64,000 nt of DNA from Sedimentisphaerales bacterium (GTDB lineage: Bacteria > Planctomycetota > Phycisphaerae > Sedimentisphaerales > SM23-30), in assembly GCA_963666285.1 (NCBI GenBank), contig OY762711.1; one strand, written 5' to 3'. The notes below the pieces were generated by a model. It had not been told where the DNA came from. It did no database searches and was given only the letters and a program-made list of their open reading frames with translations. The position numbers and the translations under genes were made by a program. Shown here piece after piece: positions 1 through 8,502 of the stretch. Numbering within the stretch: the first letter of the stretch is position 1; every line of letters begins with the position of its first letter.

Positions 1-292
1 TTCTGTTATCGGAACCGTCAACGCCAAAACAAAGTGATAGATTGCCTGGCGAATCAGACGAGGTGTTAGTGCAGTATAACGGTGACCCATTATTGGAGTT
101 TGTAACAGTAAGGTGACATTCTAAAGCTCCTTTATCAATAATCCAGGCTTCGGTGGTGGGGGTTGTGCCGGTATTACCGTTATTATCGATACCTTCCTCA
201 AAATCATAGTAACTTAAAATGTCTGCAAAGCCTGGAGTTGATAGTGCAAGTCCGATAGCGAAAGATAGTAAGAATGTTTTATTAATTGTCAT
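1..292 (-). CDS. Secreted LamG-like domain protein, 5' part only (runs off the window); paralog of 1061, 2789 and 4494
   Basis: Not in the ORF track. Manual translation from ATG at 292: MTINKTFLLSFAIGLALSTPGFADILSYYDFEEGIDNNGNTGTTPTTEAWIIDKG...NSNNGSPLY...GNLSLCFGVDGSDNR. Signal peptide, the same YYDFEEG/NGSP/LSL.FG..GSDNR motifs as the neighbours, and AAGGA upstream. Confidence 0.9.
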   Translation of the reverse strand, partial: MTINKTFLLSFAIGLALSTPGFADILSYYDFEEGIDNNGNTGTTPTTEAWIIDKGALECHLTVTNSNNGSPLYCTNTSSDSPGNLSLCFGVDGSDNR

Positions 293-377
293 CCTGATTC
301 CTTATATTCTACTTTTCTCTTTTGAAAATGCTTTTGAATTAAGAACCTGTGTGTGATGTTTTCAGGTTATAATATTC

Positions 378-406
378 AGTATATCATTAATTATTATTAT
401 TGTAAA
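378..406 (-). promoter_or_regulatory. Sigma70-type promoter for the leftward LamG gene
   Basis: Minus strand TTTACA (406-401), 17-bp spacer, TATACT (383-378). Confidence 0.6.
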
Positions 407-410
407 GTAT

Positions 411-427
411 AAAATACAACAAGTATA
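411..427. promoter_or_regulatory. Candidate operator AAAATACAACAAGTATA
   Basis: 16/17 identical to 8247-8263; both lie in divergent promoter regions close to predicted -35 boxes. Confidence 0.45.
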
Positions 428-780
428 ATTGTGTGTGTGTTTGGCCAGGTGTGATTCATTTTAAGTTTTTGAGTGAATTTGTTGTATTATTAGGTGTTAT
501 GGCGTTTTAGGTTTAAGGCAGTTTTGAGTTATGTTTTGCATCTTTGCGATGCCACTGGTTGTTTGTAATCATTTTGTCATTATTTGTAAGATCTTTATTT
601 GTAGCTGGTTAAGTGTTTTAAGGTGGATGAGTGTAGAATAATTATAAAGGATGGGAAACGCAATGCAGGAAAATTGTATGGTTGGAATATGCTAGAGTAA
701 ATTTATTAAATGATACATATTGCAATATTTAGGTTAGTATTTTATTAGTGAAAAAAAATGTATTAATTGTGTATTTTTAC

Positions 781-809
781 TTGACAACGTGTAATAATAG
801 GTGTACACT
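781..809 (+). promoter_or_regulatory. Sigma70-type promoter for the rightward LamG genes
   Basis: TTGACA (781-786), 17-bp spacer, TACACT (804-809). Confidence 0.65.
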
Positions 810-1060
810 TGGTTATTGTCGAGTTGTAGTTATATTGAAAACTCGTTTTGGCATAAAATATTCATAAATTGCTTTTAATTTAGTTTGTTGATTCTTTGAA
901 AATTTGCATTGTTGTGTCAGTGTTGTTTTTACATATTTATATTTAAGTAATGTCTATCACCAGGCCCCAGTTGTGTAATTGGGTGATTTAGTCTCTTGTA
1001 AGTTTCAAAAATGAAATTTGGTGGTATTATATTTATAATTTAATTTTATGGAGGGTTAGC

Positions 1061-2722
1061 ATGACACCAAGATATTTCTTTTTTTTATTATTATTGGTTA
1101 GTGTTGGCATGGTTAAGGCAGAAGTTATAAGTTATTATGACTTTGAAGAAGGAAGTGATGGTTTTGGAAAAGCAGGTTCTGCTCCTACGCTATCAGGTTG
1201 GGTTCTAGATTCCGGTACTGTTGAAAATAATTTAACCGTTATCAATTCGGTTAACGGGAGTCCTTATTATAGTACGAATGTTTCTGTTTATTCTACTGGT
1301 AATTTGTCACTCGGTTTTGGCCTGAATGGTTCTGATAACAGATCTAATGCTGTTCAGCCGGTTTTAAATGATGAAAGTTTTCAGTGGTATGGTGAGCAGT
1401 CAAAGACAATGGAGTTTTTCGTCTCACGTGCTGGAGATGGATGGGATGGGAGTGCTACTGAGTATGTTTTCAGCAAGTCTTTTCTCTCTTGGGGTGGATG
1501 GGATATTACCTTCAATAGAGAAACAAAAACTATAAAATTCTCAATACGAGATCAGGCAATGTCTAGTACCACTTCATTTGAGAATAATGAATGGCATCAT
1601 GTTGCCGTAGTTCGCGATGTAGATACTAATACATATACATTATATGTTGATTATATTGCAGAAGCTTCTATTGAATATTCTTCAGGTTCGGTTAAAAACG
1701 AGCCTCTTGCAATTGGAGCAGGATATGGATGGACTAGTGCACGTAGTTTTTATGGTGCGATTGATGATTTGCGTATTTCTGATGAGAGTTTAGATCCAAA
1801 TGCATTTTTAAGAGATACTGTATATAAAGCAAATGAGCCAGTTCCGCATGATGGCGTACTTTCCGTTAAAAGTGATGCGACGCTAACCTGGTCAGCAGGA
1901 GACTATGCAGTAAGTCATAAGGTATATTTAGGATTGAGCTATGATGCAGTAGATGCCGCAGATGAAAATTCCCCTGAATATAAGGGTGAATTTGATAGTA
2001 TGGAGTATACTTCGACTTTAGCAGTTGGTAAAACCTATTATTGGCGTGTTGATGAAGTTAACTCTGAGTATGCAGGCAGTCCCTGGAAAGGAGATGTGTG
2101 GTCGTTTACGGTTAAGGATTATATAGCAATTGATGATTTTGAACAATATAATGAAGAGAATCCACTAGATTCTATTTGGAGCTTTTCTATTCCTGATCCA
2201 AATAATTTACAGTCAGCTAATTTTGATAATGGTGCGACAATGCACTTCAGCGGCAATAATAGTATGATGTTTGTTTATGATCTTGGTAGTGAAACTGAAG
2301 TTGACTACGCTCAGTGTACTCCTGAGATTACAGATTGGACGCAATCAGAAGTTAAAGCGTTGACTTTTGTTGTACGTGGTGACGAGGCTGATATACAGTT
2401 TGGTGTTGAGATTTCTGATAGTGTAAATTCTTCTGCCGTTACCTTTGAAGGTGAAGACAAAGTATTTGGTGTTGGATGGAAAATTGTTAGTGTAGCCCTG
2501 GATGATTTTACAGGTGTTGATCTGGCAAATGTTCAATCGCTTAAGTTTTTCGTTGCAAATGGTATTGGAGCCGGAAAAGTTTATGTTGACCTTATCGTTA
2601 TAAACCAGTCTAGATGTACTGAAAATCCAGAATCCGATTTTAATGGCGATTGTGTTGTTGATATCGAAGATTTTATTCAGTTAATATCAGAAGATTGGGC
2701 ATCATCAGGTATGTGGCCGTAA
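1061..2722 (+). CDS. Secreted LamG/ConA-like protein with FN3-like and CBM-like domains and a C-terminal dockerin-like motif
   Basis: Signal peptide; WHHVAVV...FYGAIDDLRIS (LamG); TYYWRVDE...GDVWSFT; IDDFE; C-terminal DFNGDCVVDIEDF; GGAGG RBS. Confidence 0.85.
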   Translation: MTPRYFFFLLLLVSVGMVKAEVISYYDFEEGSDGFGKAGSAPTLSGWVLDSGTVENNLTVINSVNGSPYYSTNVSVYSTGNLSLGFGLNGSDNRSNAVQPVLNDESFQWYGEQSKTMEFFVSRAGDGWDGSATEYVFSKSFLSWGGWDITFNRETKTIKFSIRDQAMSSTTSFENNEWHHVAVVRDVDTNTYTLYVDYIAEASIEYSSGSVKNEPLAIGAGYGWTSARSFYGAIDDLRISDESLDPNAFLRDTVYKANEPVPHDGVLSVKSDATLTWSAGDYAVSHKVYLGLSYDAVDAADENSPEYKGEFDSMEYTSTLAVGKTYYWRVDEVNSEYAGSPWKGDVWSFTVKDYIAIDDFEQYNEENPLDSIWSFSIPDPNNLQSANFDNGATMHFSGNNSMMFVYDLGSETEVDYAQCTPEITDWTQSEVKALTFVVRGDEADIQFGVEISDSVNSSAVTFEGEDKVFGVGWKIVSVALDDFTGVDLANVQSLKFFVANGIGAGKVYVDLIVINQSRCTENPESDFNGDCVVDIEDFIQLISEDWASSGMWP

Positions 2723-2788
2723 TCCATTATGTAATTTATTAAATTTAGTTATGAATAAAAATCAATCCTAAAATAATTGGAGGATAAA

Positions 2789-4432
2789 ATGATAAAAAAA
2801 ATCATATTTACATGTTTATTTCTGATGGCTGCAGGTGTTTATGCAGATACTATAGCATATATTTCATTTGAAGAAGGATCTGATGGTATGGGTTCGATTG
2901 GAGTATGTCCAGATATTGAACCTAATTATGTAGAGCCGGGATGGGTATTGAATCCGTATTCTGATGACAGCGGTTATCCGGTATTATCAGGGGATTTTCC
3001 GCAATATGTTGCTGATGTTTCAGAAGCTGCACCTGGAAATCTTGCAATGAGCTTTGGTGCATCACTCAACTGTGTTAAATTTGAAAATAGTTTGACTTTT
3101 GAATGGGAAGAGAATGCTTCTAAAACGATCGAATTTTTTCTTAAAAGAAATGGTGATGGCCCGGACCAGAGTTCGGCAGAGTTCATTTGTGTGAAAAATT
3201 TTCCTGATTATGGCTGGGGATTTAGTTTTGACAGAACCTCAGGATTGCTAAGATTTACTATTAAGGGCAATATGATTACCAGTACAACGGATTTTCGTGA
3301 TGGAGAATGGCATCATGTTGCAGTTACTCATGTAGCAAATTCAGCTCATTATGATTTATATGTTGATTATCGAAAAGAAGCAGAACTGAATGATTATTCT
3401 GGCGGTTCGATATCAGATGGAGATTTTTATCTTGGCTGTGGTTACGGTTGGACTTCGTATCGGGTGTTAAATGGTAGTATCGATGAGTTCAGGATATCAG
3501 ATGTAGCTTTGTCAACAGATGATTTTGTAATGGTTACCCAAGAAAAGGCATCGTTCCCAAATCCTAATACAGGTCGTTTGTTATCTTCTATGTTTGCTAC
3601 TCTTGAGTGGCAGCCTGGCGATCTTGCAATGTCTCATGATATATATTTTGGTACAGATCCTGATAATCTTGTATTTCAGGAAAATACTTATGAACTTAGC
3701 TGGCAATGTCCTCCGCTAGCCCCGTCTACTACTTATTACTGGAGAGTAGATGCAGTGGCATATGGTTTTCCGCAGAGTCCATGGGTTGGTGATGTATGGA
3801 CATTTTCAACTGTGGATTCTATATTGCTGGACGATTTTGAGGATTATGACGCAGAATCTGACCTTGATAAAGTCTGGAGCTTCTCTGAAAATGACCCTAA
3901 TACCAATGCCAATCTGCAGCATCCTGATCTGGTTGTTGATGGTGATGCAGTGTATTATGAAGGTAATAGAGGCATGAAGATAATTTATGATTTAGCTGTG
4001 GAGACAGAGGAGTCAACGGCAAGTTTTTCTCCAGAATATAAATACTGGTCTTCAGATGGAATAAAAGTATTGTCGATGTATGTTGCATTTGCACATGATA
4101 GTGTTGCCGATGTTAAGGTAACTTTGAATGATGGTGTAAATAGTTCTTCGTCAGTATATAGATATTCTGAATTGGGATGGAATGGTCAGTGGAATGAAGT
4201 TAATTTTGTGCTGTCGGATTTTGTCGGTATAGACCTAGGTAATATTGAACTTGTTACAGTTGCTGCCACGGGAGCTGTTGGTACCGGCAGGGTCTATATT
4301 GATGATCTTAAGCTAAATATATCCAGGTGTATGGCAGAGCTTAAAGGTGATCTGAACGGTGATTGTGCTGTTGATCTTAGTGATATTGCCAAGATGGCTT
4401 CAGAGTGGCAGGTTGATAATAATTGGCCTTAA
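2789..4432 (+). CDS. Secreted LamG/ConA-like protein with FN3-like and CBM-like domains and a dockerin-like motif (paralog of 1061)
   Basis: ATG at 2789 after GGAGG (the track starts at TTG 2777); WHHVAVT, GSIDEFRIS, TYYWRVD, GDLNGDCAVDLSD. Confidence 0.85.
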   Translation: MIKKIIFTCLFLMAAGVYADTIAYISFEEGSDGMGSIGVCPDIEPNYVEPGWVLNPYSDDSGYPVLSGDFPQYVADVSEAAPGNLAMSFGASLNCVKFENSLTFEWEENASKTIEFFLKRNGDGPDQSSAEFICVKNFPDYGWGFSFDRTSGLLRFTIKGNMITSTTDFRDGEWHHVAVTHVANSAHYDLYVDYRKEAELNDYSGGSISDGDFYLGCGYGWTSYRVLNGSIDEFRISDVALSTDDFVMVTQEKASFPNPNTGRLLSSMFATLEWQPGDLAMSHDIYFGTDPDNLVFQENTYELSWQCPPLAPSTTYYWRVDAVAYGFPQSPWVGDVWTFSTVDSILLDDFEDYDAESDLDKVWSFSENDPNTNANLQHPDLVVDGDAVYYEGNRGMKIIYDLAVETEESTASFSPEYKYWSSDGIKVLSMYVAFAHDSVADVKVTLNDGVNSSSSVYRYSELGWNGQWNEVNFVLSDFVGIDLGNIELVTVAATGAVGTGRVYIDDLKLNISRCMAELKGDLNGDCAVDLSDIAKMASEWQVDNNWP

Positions 4433-4493
4433 TTCAAATTCAGAATATAGTATGTCTGATTTTATATTAATTTTTTGTTATTGGAGATAGGAT

Positions 4494-5315
4494 ATGAAAA
4501 GAGTGACTTTAATGTGTTTTGTGTTATGTGCTTTTGCTTTTGGTGCTAAAGGTGCAGTTATAGGTTATTATGACTTTGAAGAAGGTGCTGATGGTAGTGG
4601 GGCGGTTGGAGCTGCTCCTACTGATATCGGCTGGATTCTTGATTCTGGTAGTACCGGAAATAATCTAACAGTATCTAATTCTGTTAATGGCAGCCCTTAT
4701 TACAGTACAGATGTTTCAGTTTATTCTTCTGGAAGTCTGTCACTTGGCTTTGGTGTTGATGGTGCTGACAATAGAGCAAATGCTGTTCAGCCGGTAACTA
4801 ATAGTGATAGTTTTCAGTGGTATGGCGAAGAGTCAAAGACTATGGAGTTCTTCATTTCGCGTGCTGGTGATGGATGGGATTCCAGTTCAACTGAATATAT
4901 ATTTAGTAAGTCATTTCTTTCCTGGGGCGGATGGGATATTACCTTTGATAAAAATACTAAAAATATAAAATTCTCAATTCGTGATCAGTCTATTTCAAGT
5001 ACTACTACCTTCGAGGATGATGAATGGCATCATGTTGCGGTTGTTCGTGATGCTGATGCCAATACCTATACATTATTTGTTGATTATATTGCTGAAGCTT
5101 CAATTGAATATTCTTCAGGTTCGGTTAAGAGCGAACCTCTTGCAATAGGGGCAGGATACGGTTGGACTAATCAACGAGGTTTTATTGGTGCGATTGATGA
5201 TCTGAGAATTTCAGATGAGGCTCTCGTTCCTTCCGAGTTCCTTGTACCTGAACCAGGTACTATGGCTTTGCTTGGGATTGGCAGCCTGTTGTTTTACAGG
5301 CGGAAAAATATGTAG
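4494..5315 (+). CDS. LamG-domain PEP-CTERM protein (exosortase substrate)
   Basis: Signal peptide; LamG domain nearly identical to that of 1061; C-terminus VPEPGTMALLGIGSLLFYRRKNM is a canonical PEP-CTERM. Confidence 0.92.
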   Translation: MKRVTLMCFVLCAFAFGAKGAVIGYYDFEEGADGSGAVGAAPTDIGWILDSGSTGNNLTVSNSVNGSPYYSTDVSVYSSGSLSLGFGVDGADNRANAVQPVTNSDSFQWYGEESKTMEFFISRAGDGWDSSSTEYIFSKSFLSWGGWDITFDKNTKNIKFSIRDQSISSTTTFEDDEWHHVAVVRDADANTYTLFVDYIAEASIEYSSGSVKSEPLAIGAGYGWTNQRGFIGAIDDLRISDEALVPSEFLVPEPGTMALLGIGSLLFYRRKNM

Positions 5316-5321
5316 TTGCTG

Positions 5322-5360
5322 AAAAAAGGCCCTGAGGAGACTTGGGGCCTTTTATTTTTA
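5322..5360 (+). terminator. Rho-independent terminator
   Basis: AAAAGGCCC...GGGCCTTTT stem followed by a T-rich tail just after the stop codon. Confidence 0.75.
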
Positions 5361-5540
5361 TAGGTTTATTTGTAAACATTTACAGTTTTAAGTTGCAATA
5401 AAGAAGCTCCCTTTGGTAAATTGCTTAAAGAGGGTTTTCTGCAACACCTTTCGCTTTTCACTATTCCTTTTTCACTTAATTGGTCCTGTTTTGGCCTTTA
5501 CGTGGAATGTTGAATTGTAAAAAGTGAGATACCGTATACT

Positions 5541-6869
5541 ATGAGAGAGCTTATAATGTTAAATATGAGATATTGTGCCGGCAATCGAATTAAACCAAAT
5601 TTTAGCCAGGTGCTTTTATTAGTGGTAATAGTTATGTCAACGCATGTTTTTGCAGAAAATATAGGCAGTGGGAAAAAACTAAAGTTTGATTTTGGAGCCT
5701 TAAAAGCGAATGAAGGATATATTCCAATTTCATGTGATATGTTTTATAATGAAGAACTTGGGTATGGATTTGAGCCTGGTTCCATTGTTGAACAGATTAG
5801 CCGTGTAGATGGTGATGGTATAAATAAAGATTTTATTACAAGTAACAGGCCATTTTTCTTTTCTGTAAAATTACCAGAAGGTAATTATAAACTTAAAATT
5901 GTGCTTGGTGATATGGAGAGGGAGACAAATACAACAGTAAAGGCTGAGTTGAGACGGGTGATGTTTGATAACGTAGCAACTAAGCCTGGAAAATTTGTTA
6001 CATGTGAGATAGTTGTTAATATCCGTACACCTGATTTGCCAGATGGGCAGCAGGTTAAATTGTTAGATCGTGAAAAAACAAATGAAGTTATTGCCTGGGA
6101 TGATAAGCTGACCTTGGAGTTTAATGGGAGCAGGCCATGTGTTTCTGCGCTGGAAATTGAACTTGTTGATGATATCCCTACCATATATATACTTGGAGAT
6201 TCGACAGTTTGTGACCAGCTCAACGAGCCATGGACCAGTTGGGGGCAGATGTTGACTAAATTTTTCAAGCCTGACATAGCTGTCGCGAATCATGCTGAAT
6301 CCGGTGAATCTGTTCGCAGTTCAATTGAGGCTAAGCGATTTGATAAAATATGGAGCTTGATAAAAAAAGGTGATTATCTTTTGATCCAGTATGGTCATAA
6401 TGATCAGAAATCAAAAGATGCGAACGCGTTAAGCGTCTACCGTGCAGATCTGTTAGATATTGTCAGAAAGACCAGGGAGTTGGGTGCTACGCCTGTGCTG
6501 ATAACAAGTGTTGAGCGGAAAGCAGGAGTGGCAAAAGATACTTTAGGTGAATATCCAGCTATTGTGAGAGATGTAGCTGAAAAAACTGAAACAGCTATGA
6601 TAGATTTGCATAAGAATAGTAAGGTGTTGTATAAGGCTTTAGGTGATGATATTGGAAAGGCTTTTCAAGATGGCACTCATCATAATGCTTATGGCAGTTG
6701 TCAGTTAGCACAATGTGTAGTGCAGGGGTTAATTGATAATAATCTTAAATTGAGCGTTAGCATAATTGATGATTTTGACGGCTATGACCCGGCAAAGCCA
6801 GATTCAGCGTATGCTTTTTTTGTGCCTGTAACTCCTAGAATTTCCTTTCAAAAACCATTAGGCAATTGA
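5541..6869 (+). CDS. Rhamnogalacturonan acetylesterase-like SGNH/GDSL esterase (CE12) with an N-terminal beta-sandwich
   Basis: SGNH blocks ILGDSTV, NHAESG, QYGHND, DGTHH; KFDFG N-terminal domain; signal peptide. The true start may be a later ATG (5556 or beyond). Confidence 0.85.
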   Translation: MRELIMLNMRYCAGNRIKPNFSQVLLLVVIVMSTHVFAENIGSGKKLKFDFGALKANEGYIPISCDMFYNEELGYGFEPGSIVEQISRVDGDGINKDFITSNRPFFFSVKLPEGNYKLKIVLGDMERETNTTVKAELRRVMFDNVATKPGKFVTCEIVVNIRTPDLPDGQQVKLLDREKTNEVIAWDDKLTLEFNGSRPCVSALEIELVDDIPTIYILGDSTVCDQLNEPWTSWGQMLTKFFKPDIAVANHAESGESVRSSIEAKRFDKIWSLIKKGDYLLIQYGHNDQKSKDANALSVYRADLLDIVRKTRELGATPVLITSVERKAGVAKDTLGEYPAIVRDVAEKTETAMIDLHKNSKVLYKALGDDIGKAFQDGTHHNAYGSCQLAQCVVQGLIDNNLKLSVSIIDDFDGYDPAKPDSAYAFFVPVTPRISFQKPLGN

Positions 6870-6900
6870 AAAAAAGGCAAGGTAACTTGTTAAAGCTAAA

Positions 6901-6946
6901 AAGCCATATATTGTATTTGTTATTTTACGGATATGATATATGGCTT
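6901..6946. terminator. Probable hairpin terminator between convergent genes
   Basis: AAGCCATATAT...ATATATGGCTT inverted repeat between the CE12 and GntR stop codons. Confidence 0.5.
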
Positions 6947-6986
6947 ATATAAGGTCTAGTTGGTTTAAAGTGACTCAAGGATTGCT

Positions 6987-8120
6987 TTAGTCTGATTCTC
7001 TAATAATCAGCTCAACGGGGAGCCATATATTTAGTGGAGCCTTAGTTTGACCGTTAATAAGTTGATGAAGTATTTTTGCGGCTTCTGCGCCTATTTGTTG
7101 CGGATTTTGCCTGACTGTTGTGAGCTCAGGTTTTAATAGTTTAGCAATGGGAGAATCGTCAAAACCAACAACAGCCAAGTCTTTTCCTATCGTTAGTTTA
7201 TTTTTATTAGCTACTTTGTAAAGACTGGCAGCAATATAGTCATTGGCACAGAAAATACTAGCCGGCATGTCGCAATTATTGATAAAATCCTCAATCATTG
7301 ACTGGCTTGATTCAACTTTTCTTTCGAAGGGCCAGTAAGTTGTGTCGTCAGAATGTATTTTGCTTTTTATTATTAAATTTTCAAAATTTTCAAAACCAGA
7401 GTGCTGCATGGCTAGTTTGTAGCCGTTTAGCCTGGCTGCAATGGATTCTTCGCAACAGGTTGTACCAAGGAAAAATACAGGTCTTTTATGTTTTTCGATA
7501 AGATGTAGGGTAGCCTGGTATGCGCCTCCAGAATTGTCTGATTCTACGGATGAGACCGGGAGGTTGTTAAAGTGCTGATCAACGAGTACGACCGGGAATT
7601 TATTCTTTACTAGCTTATTTAAGGCATTTTTGTAGCTGTCGAGAGGGTATGGGTATACTATTATGCCGTTTATGTTTGCCTGATTAATGTTTTGTAATGT
7701 GTTAAGTGCCAGGTCGTGGCTACTTGGAGAGACAAATAATTGTAAATCAAAATTGTTACTTTCGCAGTATTGGCGAATACCATCTTTAATATTGACGATT
7801 AGTGCATCGTCTGCTCCAGCGATAATTGTGCCAATGGTAATTTGTTTGTCGATTTTATTATGTGGTGCTTCATTGCCGAATGATTCGATTAGATCGTCTT
7901 TGACAACAACGCCTTTATAAGGTATGCGTTCAACAATTCCTTTATCCTCAAGGATTCCCAGTACTTTACGAACTGTGATCCTTGAAGTGTTGTATCTTGA
8001 TGCCAGAGAATTTTCTATGGGCATAAATTGACCTTTAGGGTATTTGCCGCCGCGAATATCCTGAAGCATGCCGTAGGCTACTTTGCTAACCTTATTGTTA
8101 TATTCAATTAAATCTTCCAT
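6987..8120 (-). CDS. Transcriptional regulator with GntR HTH and LacI-type sugar-binding domain (AraR-like architecture)
   Basis: N-terminal ENSLASRYNTSRITVRKVL...KG; C-terminal IFCANDYIA, VVGFDD, PELTTVRQ. Confidence 0.9.
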   Translation of the reverse strand: MEDLIEYNNKVSKVAYGMLQDIRGGKYPKGQFMPIENSLASRYNTSRITVRKVLGILEDKGIVERIPYKGVVVKDDLIESFGNEAPHNKIDKQITIGTIIAGADDALIVNIKDGIRQYCESNNFDLQLFVSPSSHDLALNTLQNINQANINGIIVYPYPLDSYKNALNKLVKNKFPVVLVDQHFNNLPVSSVESDNSGGAYQATLHLIEKHKRPVFFLGTTCCEESIAARLNGYKLAMQHSGFENFENLIIKSKIHSDDTTYWPFERKVESSQSMIEDFINNCDMPASIFCANDYIAASLYKVANKNKLTIGKDLAVVGFDDSPIAKLLKPELTTVRQNPQQIGAEAAKILHQLINGQTKAPLNIWLPVELIIRESD

Positions 8121-8127
8121 ATGACAT

Positions 8128-8156
8128 ATTGTAACAAAAAAAATACAGTATGTAAA
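8128..8156 (-). promoter_or_regulatory. Sigma70-type promoter of the GntR/LacI regulator (probably leaderless)
   Basis: Minus strand TTTACA (8156-8151), 17-bp spacer, TACAAT (8133-8128); the ATG begins 7 nt later; no SD. Confidence 0.55.
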
Positions 8157-8246
8157 GTTATTTTCGTTATTTATACAATCTAGTTTCTGTATCTCATCTT
8201 TTATCAGTACCTTACGATAGTTAGTAGCTTACAATTATTTTAATAA

Positions 8247-8263
8247 AAAATACGACAAGTATA
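8247..8263. promoter_or_regulatory. Candidate operator AAAATACGACAAGTATA
   Basis: Near-identical to 411-427. Confidence 0.45.
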
Positions 8264-8283
8264 TAAAAAATTACAAATTGTAC

Positions 8284-8312
8284 TTGTGTGGTATGCTAAT
8301 TTTCTGTATATT
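8284..8312 (+). promoter_or_regulatory. Possible sigma70 promoter of the SSS/glycosidase cluster
   Basis: TTGTGT, 17-bp spacer, TATATT. Confidence 0.4.
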
Positions 8313-8502
8313 GAATAAATAAAATGAATTAGGAAGGTGTTTTTGCCACTATTTCTAATGATTTAATTAACTTCAATGCGTATTGTGTAATTTGTATATT
8401 ATTACATAAGGCCTTTGGTAATAATGACATATGAGATATTTTTTAGCCGAAGTTTATTATTGAAATAACCATTTGTGGGTATTTCAATTCAGAGGAATTT
8501 AT

